Shown here: piece after piece, positions 1 to 11,075 of the stretch
How positions within the stretch are numbered: the stretch's first letter is position 1
Layout: each line of letters starts with the position of its first letter
DNA from: an uncultured delta proteobacterium
Lineage (GTDB): Bacteria > Myxococcota > Myxococcia > Myxococcales > Myxococcaceae
Reading direction: 5' to 3'
Assembly (NCBI GenBank): GCA_963771175.1
Contig: CAVYSY010000032.1
Location: 224,001 to 288,000 of the forward strand
Length of the DNA stretch: 64,000 nucleotides
The notes under the pieces: model-generated
What the model saw: the letters and a program-made list of their open reading frames with translations, nothing else
Database searches by the model: none
Told to the model about the DNA's origin: nothing
Made by a program: the position numbers and the translations under genes

Positions 1-45
1 CACGGACGCGTGCGCGCGGGCAAGCACCCCCCACAGGCCGCCTGG

Positions 46-1720
46 TCAGGCTCGGGGGAGCGGGCGGCGGGGGCGCCCCGGCCCTCCGCGGCGCGGGAGG
101 GCGACCGGCGAACGGGGCTCGGTGCGGGTGAAGGGCAGCCACTCGGGTCGCGGTGCAGGTACGCCATGATCTTCTCGCGGACGAGGCAGCGGAGGTCGAA
201 GAGGGTGTCGACGTACCCGCCGAGGAGCACGCGGACCTGCATCGTCTGCTCGGTCGAATCCACCACCTGGAGCTTGGCCAGCTTGCCGTCCCAGATGTCC
301 TTGGCCTCGGTCGCCAGGATGCGGGCCAGCTCCTTCGCGCAGCGCCTCCAGGTCGGTGCGTCCAGTCCACCTGGACGTGCACCGTGCCGAGCATCTCCAC
401 CCCGCCCTTGCTCCAGTTCTGGAAGGGCTTCTCCAGGAACTGGGTGACCGGGACGATCAGCCGTCGGAAGTCCCAGGTTCGCACGACCACGATACGTGAG
501 GCTGATCTCCTCCACCGTGCCGTTCTCGCCCTCGACGACCAGCTGGTCCCCGATGCGGATGGGCTGGGTGATGGAGAGCTGGATCCCGGCCAGCAGCGCG
601 CCGATGGACTTCTGGGCGGCGAGGCCGAGCACTACGCCGGCCACTCCGGCCGAGGCGAGCAGCGAGACGCCCACGTTGCGCACCACCGTGAACTGCATCA
701 GCAGCGCGCGGCGGCGACCAGACGAGGTGACCATGGGACCTGGCGCAGCACCGCCAGCTGGGTGCCGGACGCCCCGGGCATCCCTCGTGCGCCTTCGCCA
801 CCCGGCTCTCCACGACCCCCGAGGCCATGTCGAGGAAGCGGAGCGCGAACCATGCCGCGGAGATGACCAGGAGCGAGCGGTGAGGACGCTGACCCGTGCG
901 CCCAGACCGGAGGCAGGAACAGCGGCGGGGTGGTGACGCTCAGCACGAAGGCCAAGATCGGCAGCCGGAGCGGACCCCGCGCCGCCTGCACCAGCTGGTC
1001 GTCCCAGGTCAGCCGCGTCAGCCGGGTGATGCGCCCGAGCAGCGCCAGGCCGAGCCGCTCCAGCAGCGCCAGGCCCCGACACCGCGCCGGCGCAGGCACA
1101 TCAGCCCCAGCCACTGCCACAGCTCGAGCCCTACCACCGCCCTGGTGAAGAGCACCGGGGGCAGGCGCTCGCCGCACCGCGGGCCGTACTCGTCGTAGAG
1201 CACGTCGATGGCCTTCACCGTCTCCTCGCTGAACACCCACACTCCCCCCGCCCACCTCCACTCCGCAGCTGACGGCCTGGGGTAGGTGGTTGCCGACCGG
1301 GAGGGCGCCGATCAGGACGAAGCGGGACCGCGGGTCGCCCTCGGCCTCCTGGCTCAGGCTCTCCAGCGCCAGGGGCAGCTGGTGGTCGAGCACGAACTTG
1401 AGCCGCCGGGCGAGCCGGGCCCCCTGCGTCGTGCTGGTCCGGAGGCAGGTCATCCAGGTCCAGGTAGTGCGCCGCCCGCACGTAGTCCCCCCGGTGGACG
1501 GCGGTGGAGAAGCCGGTGACGGTGGCGGGGGGGGTCGAGCGGTCGAGCGAGGCGGGGGGCTCGCCGAGGCCCGGGTTGAGGGCGAGGCCGGCCGGAGGGG
1601 CCGCGGGACAGCAGGAGCCGTCCAGAGGGCGCGGCGCAGCGGCTTCTGCGCGCGCCCTTCCCGCGCGGACCAGGCCCGCCGCCCGCGCGTCGAACGGTAC
1701 CGTCAACGGTCCGCGCACGC
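46..1720 (-). CDS. MscS-family mechanosensitive channel (several frameshifts; start approximate)
   Basis: Minus-strand segments read LLASAGVAGVVLGLAAQKSIGALLAGIQLSITQPIRIGDQLVVEGENGTVEEI and VVVRTWDFRRLIVPVTQFLEKPFQNWS, typical MscS TM3/beta domain. Confidence 0.8.
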
Positions 1721-1795
1721 GTCCTAGGTAATCGGGGGGAAAGCGTTGGTGTCGCCCGCCGCGGTAGGCTAGAAGGGCCGCCAAGGAAGGTCGCC

Positions 1796-2183
1796 GTGCA
1801 AGAGAAGCGCAAAATTCTGCTCATCGACGACAGCGAGATCACGCTCGCCATGGAGAAGGCGGTCCTCGAGGCGCGCGGCTACGAGGTCGTCGCCACCTCC
1901 ACGCTGATGGAGTTCGAGCAGACGCTGCAGGGCTGGCGGCCGGACCTCATCCTCACCGACATCCACATGCCCGAGGCCAAGGGCACGGACATCTGCCGGA
2001 CCCTGAAGAACGAGTACGGCACGCAGGACATCCCCATCATCCTCTTCTCCTCGCCTCCCGGACGACGAGCTGACGCAGCTGGCCGAGCAGGTCGGCGCCG
2101 ACGGCTCCCTGTCCAAGGCCAACGGGCTGGAGGCCATGGGCGAGAAGATCGACGAGCTGGTGGAGAGCATCATCTGGGCGTGA
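1796..2183 (+). CDS. Single-domain response regulator (receiver); frameshift near 2055
   Basis: KILLIDDS...PDLILTDIHMP...IPIILFSS, continuing in another frame as GADGSLSKANG...SIIWA*. Confidence 0.85.
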
Positions 2184-3753
2184 GACGGCCCGGGCTCGTC
2201 GGCGGCGCAGCGCTGGCGCTCGTCGGGGTGGCGCGGGCGCGGCGGCCGGGCCGGAGCGCCGCTCGCGCGCCCGGCCCCCGGCGGCGAGCGGAGGCCCCGG
2301 CGCCATGCTGCTCCTCACCGCGGACACGCGCGGCTACCTGGGCCCCTGCGGGTGCAGCGAGAACATGCGCGGGGGCATCGCGCGCGCGGCCCGGCAGGTG
2401 CTCAGGAGGCACGCAGAGGGCCCGCTGCCGGTGCTCTACGTGGACGGGGGCGACAGCCTCTTCGGGCAGCGCGTCACCTCAGCGAGGCAGGCGCAGAGTG
2501 CCGCAGGAAGAGAGGAAGGCCCGAGCGCTGGCCGAGGCCATGCGGCGCATGGGCCTGCCGTGCGCGCGGCCGGCGAGCTGGACGACGCGCGCGGGCCGGG
2601 CTTCCGCCACGGCCTGAGGCTGCCGGAGCTGCCGCCCGGGTGGGGTGAAGGTGCTGCAGGCGGGGCTCGCGAGGTGGGCGTGGTGCAGCGGGGACAGACG
2701 CGGCCTCGCTGAAGGCGGGCGCAGCGCGCCGGGCGCGCGCCGGGGCGCGGCCTTCGTGGTGGGGCTGTTCCACGGCCCGTGGCAGGAGGCCCGGCCGGCC
2801 GCGGGCACGCCGGCGGAGCTGGGAGTCGGCACCGGTGCTGGCTGGCGCACGCCACCCACACCGAGGACGAGCCGAAGGGCGAGGAGAACACAGCGGGCGG
2901 CCGCGCGGGTGCCGGTGGGTGAGGCGCCCTGCAGAGCAAGGGGCGCTCGCTCCTGCGCGTGGACCTGGGCCTACGGCCCGAAGGAGAGCCCCTTCACCCC
3001 GCTCAAGCGGCGGAGGAGGGCGGAACGAGAGGAGGCGGCCTCGCATGAGCCAGCGCCTCGCGCTGCTGGACGGCGGACCAACCTGCCCGGGCATCGACCC
3101 GACGGCTGAAGCCGCCGCGAAGGGCCAAAGTGGCGGAGCTGGTGCGCGCCGCCAGCCGCTGCTCACCGGGCCGCCGCCCAGCGCCGGAGGGGCAGCAACC
3201 TTCACCGTGCGCTTCCTGCCGCTGGAGTCCTCGCCTGCCGCAGCGACCCGGGCCCGGGCGCTCGTGACCGCCTACGACGCGAGGTGGGGGAGCTGAACCT
3301 GGCCTGGGCCCGCGCCCACGGGCAGGACTGCCCCGCCCCGAGCCGGGCGAGGCCGCCTTCGTGGGCAACACGGGGTGCGGAGTTGCCATGCCGCGGCCTT
3401 CCCCGTGTGGGAGCGCACGAAGCACCACGCACGGCTGGCAGACGCTGGAGGCGGAGGGCAAGCAGTTCCACCTCAACTGCTCACGGCTGCCACGTGACGG
3501 GCCGGGGCAGCCCGGCGGGGTGTGCCGCCTGGACAAGGTGGCGGGGCGCGAGGGCGTGGGCTGCGAGAGCTGCCACGGGCCGGGCTGGCCTCCATCCGCG
3601 CCGAGGCCCCCTCGGCCACCAGAACATGACCGCGCCGCCCGGGTAGGGGCTGTGCGTCACCTGCCACAACCTGGAGAACTCGCCGCACTTCGACTTCGCC
3701 ACCTACCTGCCGCGGGTGCCTGGCGGCCGGGGCAGGGGCGAACACCGCAGTGA
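2180..3753 (+). CDS. Exported UshA/5'-nucleotidase-like N-domain fused to multiheme cytochrome c (c554-like); frameshifted
   Basis: ADTRGYLGPCGCSENMRGGIAR and YVDGGD; CESCH and CVTCH intact, two more CxxCH sites broken by indels near 3380 and 3480; ends NSPHFDFATYLPRV. Confidence 0.7.
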
Positions 3754-3919
3754 AGCAGCGCGGTAGAGCATCCGGGCGATACGTGTCCGTCCGTGCGGCA
3801 CCGAGGAGGAATGGCTCGTCCGGCCGGTCGTCTGTTTCCCGCGATAGCAATCCGGCGAATACTCCCGCCCTCCTCAATCAACCCGGCCTTCTCCGGCAGC
3901 CGGCCTCACCCGATCGTCC

Positions 3920-5838
3920 ATGCCGTCCTTCAGCCTGCTCCTGCTGGTCCTCTCCTCCGCCGCGTCCAAGCCCGTGGCTGGAGATGCCCCCGCCCCCGCC
4001 CGGCATGCGGGAGCTGAGCAGCGAGGAGAAGCCGCGATGCTGCTCTCGCGCCGCGGAGCCCGGGCCCCCGGCAGGCGGAGGCGCGGAGGAGGTGGAGACG
4101 GAGAGCGCGGAGCTCGAGGAGCTGCGCGCGCTGGAGGCGCGCCACGCTGGACCCGGGCGCCCGGCTGGACGCCGAGGTGCTCCAGACGCTGCGGCGCCTG
4201 GGCTTCGCCAACCCCCTGCGCCAGCGCATGCTGGACGCGCTGGAGGAGCCCACCCTGCGCGAGGACGCGCGCCCGGGGAGCTGCCCCTCATCACCGACCT
4301 GGCCAACTTCGACGTGACGCGAGTGCAGGACCGCTACGACATCCCGGTGGAGATGCAGCCGCTGGTGGCCCAGTACATCCAGTTCTTCCAGGGGCCGGGC
4401 CGCAAGTGGTTCCGCAACTGGATGGCGCGCTCCACCCGCTACCTGCCGGTGATGCAGCCCATCCTCGAGGACGACGGGCTGCCGAGGGACACCGTGTACC
4501 TGGCGATGATCGAGAGCGGCTTCTGCCGCGCACGCCTACTCGTGGGCGCACGCCGCGGGGCCCTGGCAGTTCATCTCCGCCACCGGCCGCCAGTACGGGC
4601 TGCGCCAGGACTTCTGGGTGGACGAGCGGAGGGACCCCATCAAGGCCACGCACGCCGCCGCGCGCTACCTCAAGGATCTGCACAAGGAGCTGGGCCACTG
4701 GTACCTGGCGTGGGCCGGCTACAACACGGGCAGCGGGCGGTGCGCCGCGCCATCGAGCCCGACGGCACCACCGACTTCTGGGAGCTGCGCCGAGGAGCAA
4801 GGGCCTGGCGAAGGAGACCCAGCACTACGTGCCCAAGCTCATCGCCGCGCGCTGATCGCCAAGCACCCCGAGGCCTTCGGCTTCACCGAGGAGCGAGTTC
4901 GAGCTACGAGCCGGCGCTCGTCTACGACGAGGTGAAGCTCGCGGACGCCACCGACCTGGACGTGATCGCGCGCGCGGCCGGCGTGAGCGTGAAGGCGGTG
5001 CAGGAGCTCAACCCGGAGCTCAAGCGCTGGTGCACGCCGCCGGCGAGCGCGAGAAGCCCTACGTGCTGCGCCTGCCCAAGGGCACGGCGGAGCGCTTCGC
5101 GGAGAACTTCGCCAAGGTGGCGCCGCACGAGCGGCTCACCTTCAACGTGCACAAGGTGAAGCGCGGCGACACGCTCTCGCGGCATCGCCCAAGCGCTACG
5201 GCAGCGCGCGCCGAGGCCATCCTGCAGGTGAACCGGCTCAAGAGCGCGCGCGCGCTGCGGGTGAACGCCGGAGCTGGTCATCCCGGTGCCCACGGCGCGC
5301 GGGCCAGCGGCGGGGACGCGGCGCTCGCGCGCAAGGTGGCCCAGGCGCGGCGCAGCGGCGTGGTGGCGCTGCGCCCCGAGGAGGAGGTGCCCGCCGGCAC
5401 GCCCGAGCGCCGGCGTGGCCCCGGGCCCCGTCGAGCACCGAGACGGTGAACGGCCGCACGCGCGTCGAGCTACGCGCGTGCAGGACGGCGACAGCCTGTG
5501 GACCATCGCCCAGCGCTTCGGCGTGAGCGTGGCGAGCTGCGCGAGTGGAACAGCCTGGGCCGCGCGAGCAAGCGCGGCGCTGCGGTGGGCAGCGAGCTGC
5601 ACGTGTGGCCCGGAGCCGCGCGGCCGAGGCGGTGCGAGGAGCGCGCGGGCACGGTGGTGGCCCAGCGGCGCGGTGGCAACGCGGGCCGCGCCGGCCCGAG
5701 CACGCGCTCGCCGCCGGCGAGACGCTCTGGAACGTGGCCCAGCGCTACGGCGTGTCGCGTGGAGGACCTCAAGCGCTGGAACCAGCATCAAGAACCACCG
5801 CACCGTGCGGCCGGGCCGGTCAGCCTGGCGCGGCCTGA
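3920..5838 (+). CDS. MltD-like lytic transglycosylase with LysM repeats; frameshifted
   Basis: [10 protein letters not shown](A)[37 protein letters not shown]; LysM-like [36 protein letters not shown]. Confidence 0.85.
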
Positions 5839-5877
5839 GCGCCGCGCCAGCACGCCGCGCCGCCCTCGGCAGCCCGC

Positions 5878-7638
5878 TCAGCCCTGCTCCAGGAGCAGCT
5901 TCAGCTCGCGGACGCGGCGGGTGATGTGGTCGCGGTCCATTCGGCGGAAGCTCTCGGGCAGCAGCTCGCGGCTGGTGCACTCCTGCACGGCCACCAGGTT
6001 CTGCAGCTCGATCTCCAGCGGGTAGCTGGGCGGCACGAAGTCGGCGAAGACGGCCTTCAGGTCCTCCACCGTGGCCTGCTCGCGGCCCTGGGCCAGCGCG
6101 CGGAAGCGGGTGCGCACCAGCACCGCCTCGATGTCCGCGCCGCTGAGCTGGCGCGTCCCCGTCGGAATCAGCTCGGAGACCGACGGCACCTCCAGCTTCA
6201 GGCCCGTCTTCTTCTGCATCACCCGGAACAGCTCCTCCCGCTCCTCCTCCGTCTCCGGGTAGAAGAGCGCGAGGTGCTCCTCGGCGCGGCCCTGGCGCTT
6301 GAGGTCCACCGGCAGCAGGTCCGGCCGAGCCGTCAGCAGGAACCAGACAATCTTGCCGCGGTACACCGTGTTGCCCATGAAGGAGGCCACGGAGCCGAAC
6401 ACGCGGCTGCTCGTCCCCGAGTCCCCGCCCGAGTCGCGGTTGCCCAGGAAGGTGTCCGCCTCGTCCACCATCACCGCCACCGGCCAGAGCGCCTTCAGCA
6501 GGTTGAAGATCTTCTCCAGGTTGGCCTCGGTGACGCCCTGCCACTGGCTGCGGAAGTTGAGGAACTTCACCACCGGGATGCCAATCTCACCCGCGAAGCA
6601 GGACACCATGAACGTCTTGCCGGTGCCCACCGGGCCGCTCACGAGGTAGCCCATGGGCATCACCTCCATGCGGCCCTTCTTCAGCGCGTTGGCGGCGTTG
6701 CGCAGCATCTCCTTGGCCTTGCCGTGGCCCGCCACCGCGTCCAGCGTGTGCACCGGCTCGATGAACTCGAGCAGCCCGTGGCACTCGGCCTGGATGAGCT
6801 CCTTCTTCCGCTCCTTGAGCAGCTCGGACGTAATCCGCACGTCGTGCTCGAGGGCCTCGGTGAGGACGCGATCCAGGTTGATGCGCGACAGGCCCGCCGT
6901 CATCTTCGCCAGGCCCGCCAGCGGCACGTCCGACACCGCCGCCAGCTTCTTGCCCTCCAGCTTGTAGCGCACGTACTCCAGCCGCTCCTCCTCGGTGGGC
7001 AGCGGCAGCTCGATGGGCGCCACGTACGGGTTGCGCGACATGCGCGGGGACATGTCCGCCAGGTTCTCCGCCAGCAGCACCACGGAGACGTCCCCCGCGA
7101 GGAACTGCGGGTCGTGCGCCCACTTCTCCAGCGTGGCCAGCACGAAGCGGTCCTCGGCCGACAGGTGGCTCATCTCCCCGCCCGGCACCAGCGTCTCGGC
7201 GAAGTCGATGATGAGCGCCAGCGACTTGCCCTCGCTCAGGCGCATCCGCAGGAAGTTCTCCAGAATCTGCAGCGCCCGGGCCGGATCTCTCGGCAGGCTC
7301 TTGGCGTAGTCCGTGCCGTAGAGCGCGTCGTAGCCGGCCATCGTCCGCTGCAGCTCCTTCTGCGTCTCCGGTGAGGAGGAGCGGACACCCGACGAGCGAT
7401 CATAGAAGAGGACATGGTCGCGCCCGCCGAAGAGCTCCTCGGAGAGGAAGGTGCGCAGGGTCCCGAAGCCCCGGCTGCCATCCTCCTGGGTGAGGGGCTG
7501 CAGATCCCTCACCGCCCCATAGAGGAGGAAGGTGCTGACACTCTTCGTGTAGTACTTCTGGGCCAGCTTCCGGGCCCAACCGGGCAGCCCCGCGAGCGGA
7601 TCCGCCGGGTCGGCCTTGCGCGCCTTGGTCACGGACAC
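5878..7638 (-). CDS. AAA+ ATPase with degenerate N-terminal and intact C-terminal AAA module
   Basis: 586 aa; Walker A GPVGTGKT, Walker B VMVDEAD, second-region-of-homology-like TARPDLLPVDLKRQGR; N-half has LIIDFAE but no P-loop. Confidence 0.85.
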   Translation of the reverse strand: MSVTKARKADPADPLAGLPGWARKLAQKYYTKSVSTFLLYGAVRDLQPLTQEDGSRGFGTLRTFLSEELFGGRDHVLFYDRSSGVRSSSPETQKELQRTMAGYDALYGTDYAKSLPRDPARALQILENFLRMRLSEGKSLALIIDFAETLVPGGEMSHLSAEDRFVLATLEKWAHDPQFLAGDVSVVLLAENLADMSPRMSRNPYVAPIELPLPTEEERLEYVRYKLEGKKLAAVSDVPLAGLAKMTAGLSRINLDRVLTEALEHDVRITSELLKERKKELIQAECHGLLEFIEPVHTLDAVAGHGKAKEMLRNAANALKKGRMEVMPMGYLVSGPVGTGKTFMVSCFAGEIGIPVVKFLNFRSQWQGVTEANLEKIFNLLKALWPVAVMVDEADTFLGNRDSGGDSGTSSRVFGSVASFMGNTVYRGKIVWFLLTARPDLLPVDLKRQGRAEEHLALFYPETEEEREELFRVMQKKTGLKLEVPSVSELIPTGTRQLSGADIEAVLVRTRFRALAQGREQATVEDLKAVFADFVPPSYPLEIELQNLVAVQECTSRELLPESFRRMDRDHITRRVRELKLLLEQG

Positions 7639-7712
7639 ACCTCTCCCGCCCCCTCATGGGGGCCCTGGCACCCGCCCTGGCGGAAAGCCGGGCGGGCGCC
7701 TGTCTGAATGTC

Positions 7713-10180
7713 TCAACGGCAGCCGCGCTGCTTCTTCAACCGCTCCTTCACCGTGGCGGCACTACCGCCCGCGGCGGGAGCCACGTCGACGTCCGCGTCG
7801 TCGTGGCAGCGCAGCTTGAGGCTCACCTGCTTCACGCTGAGCGGCAGCCGGACCGTAGCCGGCGTGATGCCCAGCTCCTTGCCCCCCGCGAAGATGGTGG
7901 CTCCGGAGGGCACGGACTGCACCTCCACCTCGAAGTTATCCGGCTCGAGCTTGAGCTGCACGTCCATCGGCTTGTCGCTCGGGGGCGGGTTGATGCGCTG
8001 CTGGGCCGGCTTGAAGCCCGGGGCGCTGGCCGACACCACCACCTCGGTGCCCGCCGTCAGCTCGCCGATATAGGTCGAGCTGTTGCCCTTCTCGCGCACC
8101 ACCTTGCCGTCCACCTTCACCTCCGCGTCCGGCGGCTGGGTGACGATCACCACGCGCGACACCTGCACCTCGCGCTCCAGCTTCACATCCAGCGACATGG
8201 GCGTCGTGCCGGGCTCGATCACCGTCGACTGGGTGAACGTCTTGTAGCCCTCGGCACTCACCATCACCAGGGTGGGACCGGCCTTCACCGACTGCAGCAC
8301 GGGCCCGGACTTGGGAATCTCCAGTTCCTGACCGCCGACGCTCACCCGGACCGAGCTGCGCACCTCGGAGGGCAGGTGCACCAGGATGAAGCCCGAGGGC
8401 TCCGGCCGCTTCATGATGAAGAAGCCCGCCACGCCCAGCACCACCACCACCAGGGCGACGAGCGCCGCGACGAGCGGCAGGCGGCTGGGGGCCGCCGGAG
8501 CCGTCTCGGGCGGAGGGCGAACCGGCCGCACCGGGGAGACGGAGTGAGTCGCCTCCCCTCCTCCTCCTCAGGCTCCTCGTGCATCACGGGAGGAGGCGGC
8601 GCGAACACGGGCCGGGCCGGGGACGTCACGGCGGAATGCGCCGCCGAGGGCCGTGCGGGCATGGGCGGCTCGACCGGCGACTCCGGCCGGATGGCGCGCA
8701 TCCCGTCCAGCGTGTTGCGACCCTGGCGCGCCACGGTGGTGCTCTCCGCGCCGGAGGGAGCCAGCGTGGGAGGCCGCGGCGGGGACGCCGTCACCACCGG
8801 CGGCATCCGCTGGCTGGTGGAGGTCCGCTGCGGCGGCTGATGATCGATGACGGGCGGGCGCGGCACCTCCACCGGCGTCACCTTGCGCCCGGGGCCCACG
8901 AGCCCCGGCTGGGTGGTCGGATCGGTGAAGTACTCGGGGCCGCTCACCACCATCGTCGCCCCGGACTCCTCCTCCTCGGGCGGAGGGGCCACGGGGGCGG
9001 GGGCCGTCAGCTTGGGCATCGCGCCCATGGTGGGCGAGCGGCGCACGCCCGCGGTCCCGGGCGGGGGCGGGGGCGGAGGGGGCTCCACGGGAGGCAGGGT
9101 CGGCACCGCCGGGCTGGACGGCGCATGCACCTGCGGGGCCGAGGACGAGCCGCTGAAGCCCATCTCGATGGCGGCCATCATGCCCTCGGGGGGCCGGATG
9201 TCCGCGTACTCCTGCAACCGCAGCTTCTCGCGCTCCACGTCCTCCGCGAAGGTGGACTTCATGTACTGCATGAGGTCCTTGCGGCTGAAGATGGACTCCG
9301 AGGTGAGCAGGAAGCGCTGCAGGTCGTCGCCCAGCTCGTTGGCGTACTGGTAGCGCTCGTCCACGTCGCGCGCGAGCGCCTTGAGGACGATCTTCTCCAG
9401 CGCCTCGGGGATGCGCTTGTTGTAGGTGGAGGGCGGGGCCACCTCGGCCTTGCGCACCTTCTCCAGCACGCTGAAGTCGCTGTCGCCCACGAAGAGACGC
9501 TCGCCGGTGAGCATCTCGTAGAGGCACACGCCGATGGCGAAGATGTCGCTGCGCCGGTCGAGCGGCAGGCCGCGGATCTGCTCCGGGCTCATGTAGCCGA
9601 ACTTGCCCTTGAGGATGCCGGCCTGCGTCTTGGTGGCCTTGCCCGCCGCCTTGGCGATGCCGAAGTCGATGACCTTCACCTCGCCCTCGAAGGAGACGAG
9701 GATGTTCTGGGGCGAGATGTCGCGGTGGACGATGTTCAGGTCCCTCCCCATGTTGTCCTTCTTGCGGTGGGCGTAGTCGAGCCCCTCGCACATCTTGGAC
9801 ACCATGTAGGCCACCAGCGGCACGGGCGCGGGCTCACCCTTCTTCCGGCAGCGGTCGAAGATGGCCCGCATGTCCCTGCCGGGGATGTACTCCATCGCGA
9901 TGAAGTAGCTGTTGGAGATCTGCCCCAGCTCGTAGATCTGCGCGACGTTGGCGTGGTTCAGCTGGACGCTGATCTTCGCCTCGTCGATGAACATCGTGAT
10001 GAACTCATCGTCCTCGGCGATGTTGGGGAGGATGCGCTTGATGGCGACGAGGCGCTCGAAACCTCCCGCGCCGAACATCTTGCCGCGCCACACCTCCGCC
10101 ATGCCGCCGATGTTGATGCGGTCGAGGAGGAGATATTTCCCAAACGGGATGGGTTGCCGCTTCGGTTGAGTGGTCGTCAC
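7713..10180 (-). CDS. Membrane Ser/Thr protein kinase with Pro-rich linker, TM helix and PEGA-like C-terminus; frameshift near 8535
   Basis: GGMAEV, VAIKRI, HRDISPQN, DFG, GYMSPE; TM LVAALVALVVVVLGVAGFFI and PEGA-like TQPPDAEVKVDG / SVPSGATIF in the second frame. Confidence 0.9.
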
Positions 10181-10211
10181 GAGGGGTGCGTAGCTCGGTG
10201 TTTGACAGCCG

Positions 10212-10241
10212 AGCCTAGCTACCGCCCCTCCATAGGGTCAA
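10212..10241 (-). promoter_or_regulatory. Candidate sigma70-type promoter of the kinase gene
   Basis: TTGACC-N18-TAGGCT on the minus strand about 30 nt upstream of the start. Confidence 0.35.
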
Positions 10242-10271
10242 CCATGGGGCGTCACCTATCCTCCACTCGGC

Positions 10272-11075
10272 TCAGGGGCCGGGGGCCGGTGCGACTCCTC
10301 CGGCATCCAGGCCCGCGGGGGCTCCCTCGGCCGCCGGGGCCCTGGGAGGCACCTGGAAGGGCTCCGTCCGAGGGAGCTCCCCCTCCCCTTCCTCGGGAAG
10401 TGCGGGTTGCACGACCGCCACGTGTGGCTCGCCATTCACGGACAGCACGGCGGGGAGCCCGAAACGCTCGCCTGCCGGGAGACCGACCAGGGTGACCCAG
10501 GCCGTGTCGCGCTCGGGGGCCACGCAGTAGATGAACGTCCCCACCTCCAGGCCCGGCGCCTCCGCGACGGGCCCCTGGCAGTCCTGGCGCACCTGGAGCG
10601 ACCACGCCGGGGCGCGCGCCCCCCGGACCAGGTACGGAGGCTGACCCATCTCCTCCAGCAGCGGACGCAGCAGCGCCGGGTCCGAGGGCACGGCGTGCCC
10701 GTTGACCAGGGTCTGGGCCTTCTGCTGGAAGTGGCTCAGCGACATGGCGGCCACGTCCTCGGGGCGCAGCGGCACCTGCTTCTCGAGGCGCACCATGTCG
10801 AAGAAGAGCGCGCACACGAGGACGATGGGCAGCAGCCGGTAGCCCTTGAAGCCCTCGGGCAGCCCGCGACTCAGGCCCCAGGCGACCACGCCGAGCACCC
10901 CCACCGTGATGACCAGCACCACCGCGGGCCAGACCACCGGGGGCGGCGCCAGGAAGGCGGACACCTCGGCGCTCCGGGCGCGCAGGGCGTCCAGCAACTC
11001 TCCCCCGTAGAGCCACAGGAGGACCAGCAGGCAGAGAACGTTGACGAGGGTCGTCTTGGTCGAGGGCAGCTTCAT
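10272..11075 (-). CDS. Hypothetical membrane protein (about 3 TM)
   Basis: MKLPSTKTTLVNVLCLLVLLWLYGG...; its ATG overlaps the permease stop (ATGA). Confidence 0.7.
   Translation of the reverse strand: MKLPSTKTTLVNVLCLLVLLWLYGGELLDALRARSAEVSAFLAPPPVVWPAVVLVITVGVLGVVAWGLSRGLPEGFKGYRLLPIVLVCALFFDMVRLEKQVPLRPEDVAAMSLSHFQQKAQTLVNGHAVPSDPALLRPLLEEMGQPPYLVRGARAPAWSLQVRQDCQGPVAEAPGLEVGTFIYCVAPERDTAWVTLVGLPAGERFGLPAVLSVNGEPHVAVVQPALPEEGEGELPRTEPFQVPPRAPAAEGAPAGLDAGGVAPAPGP

Noticed and set aside
2347..2356. Possible selenocysteine in the CGC motif
   Set aside because: Both codons are TGC; there is no in-frame TGA
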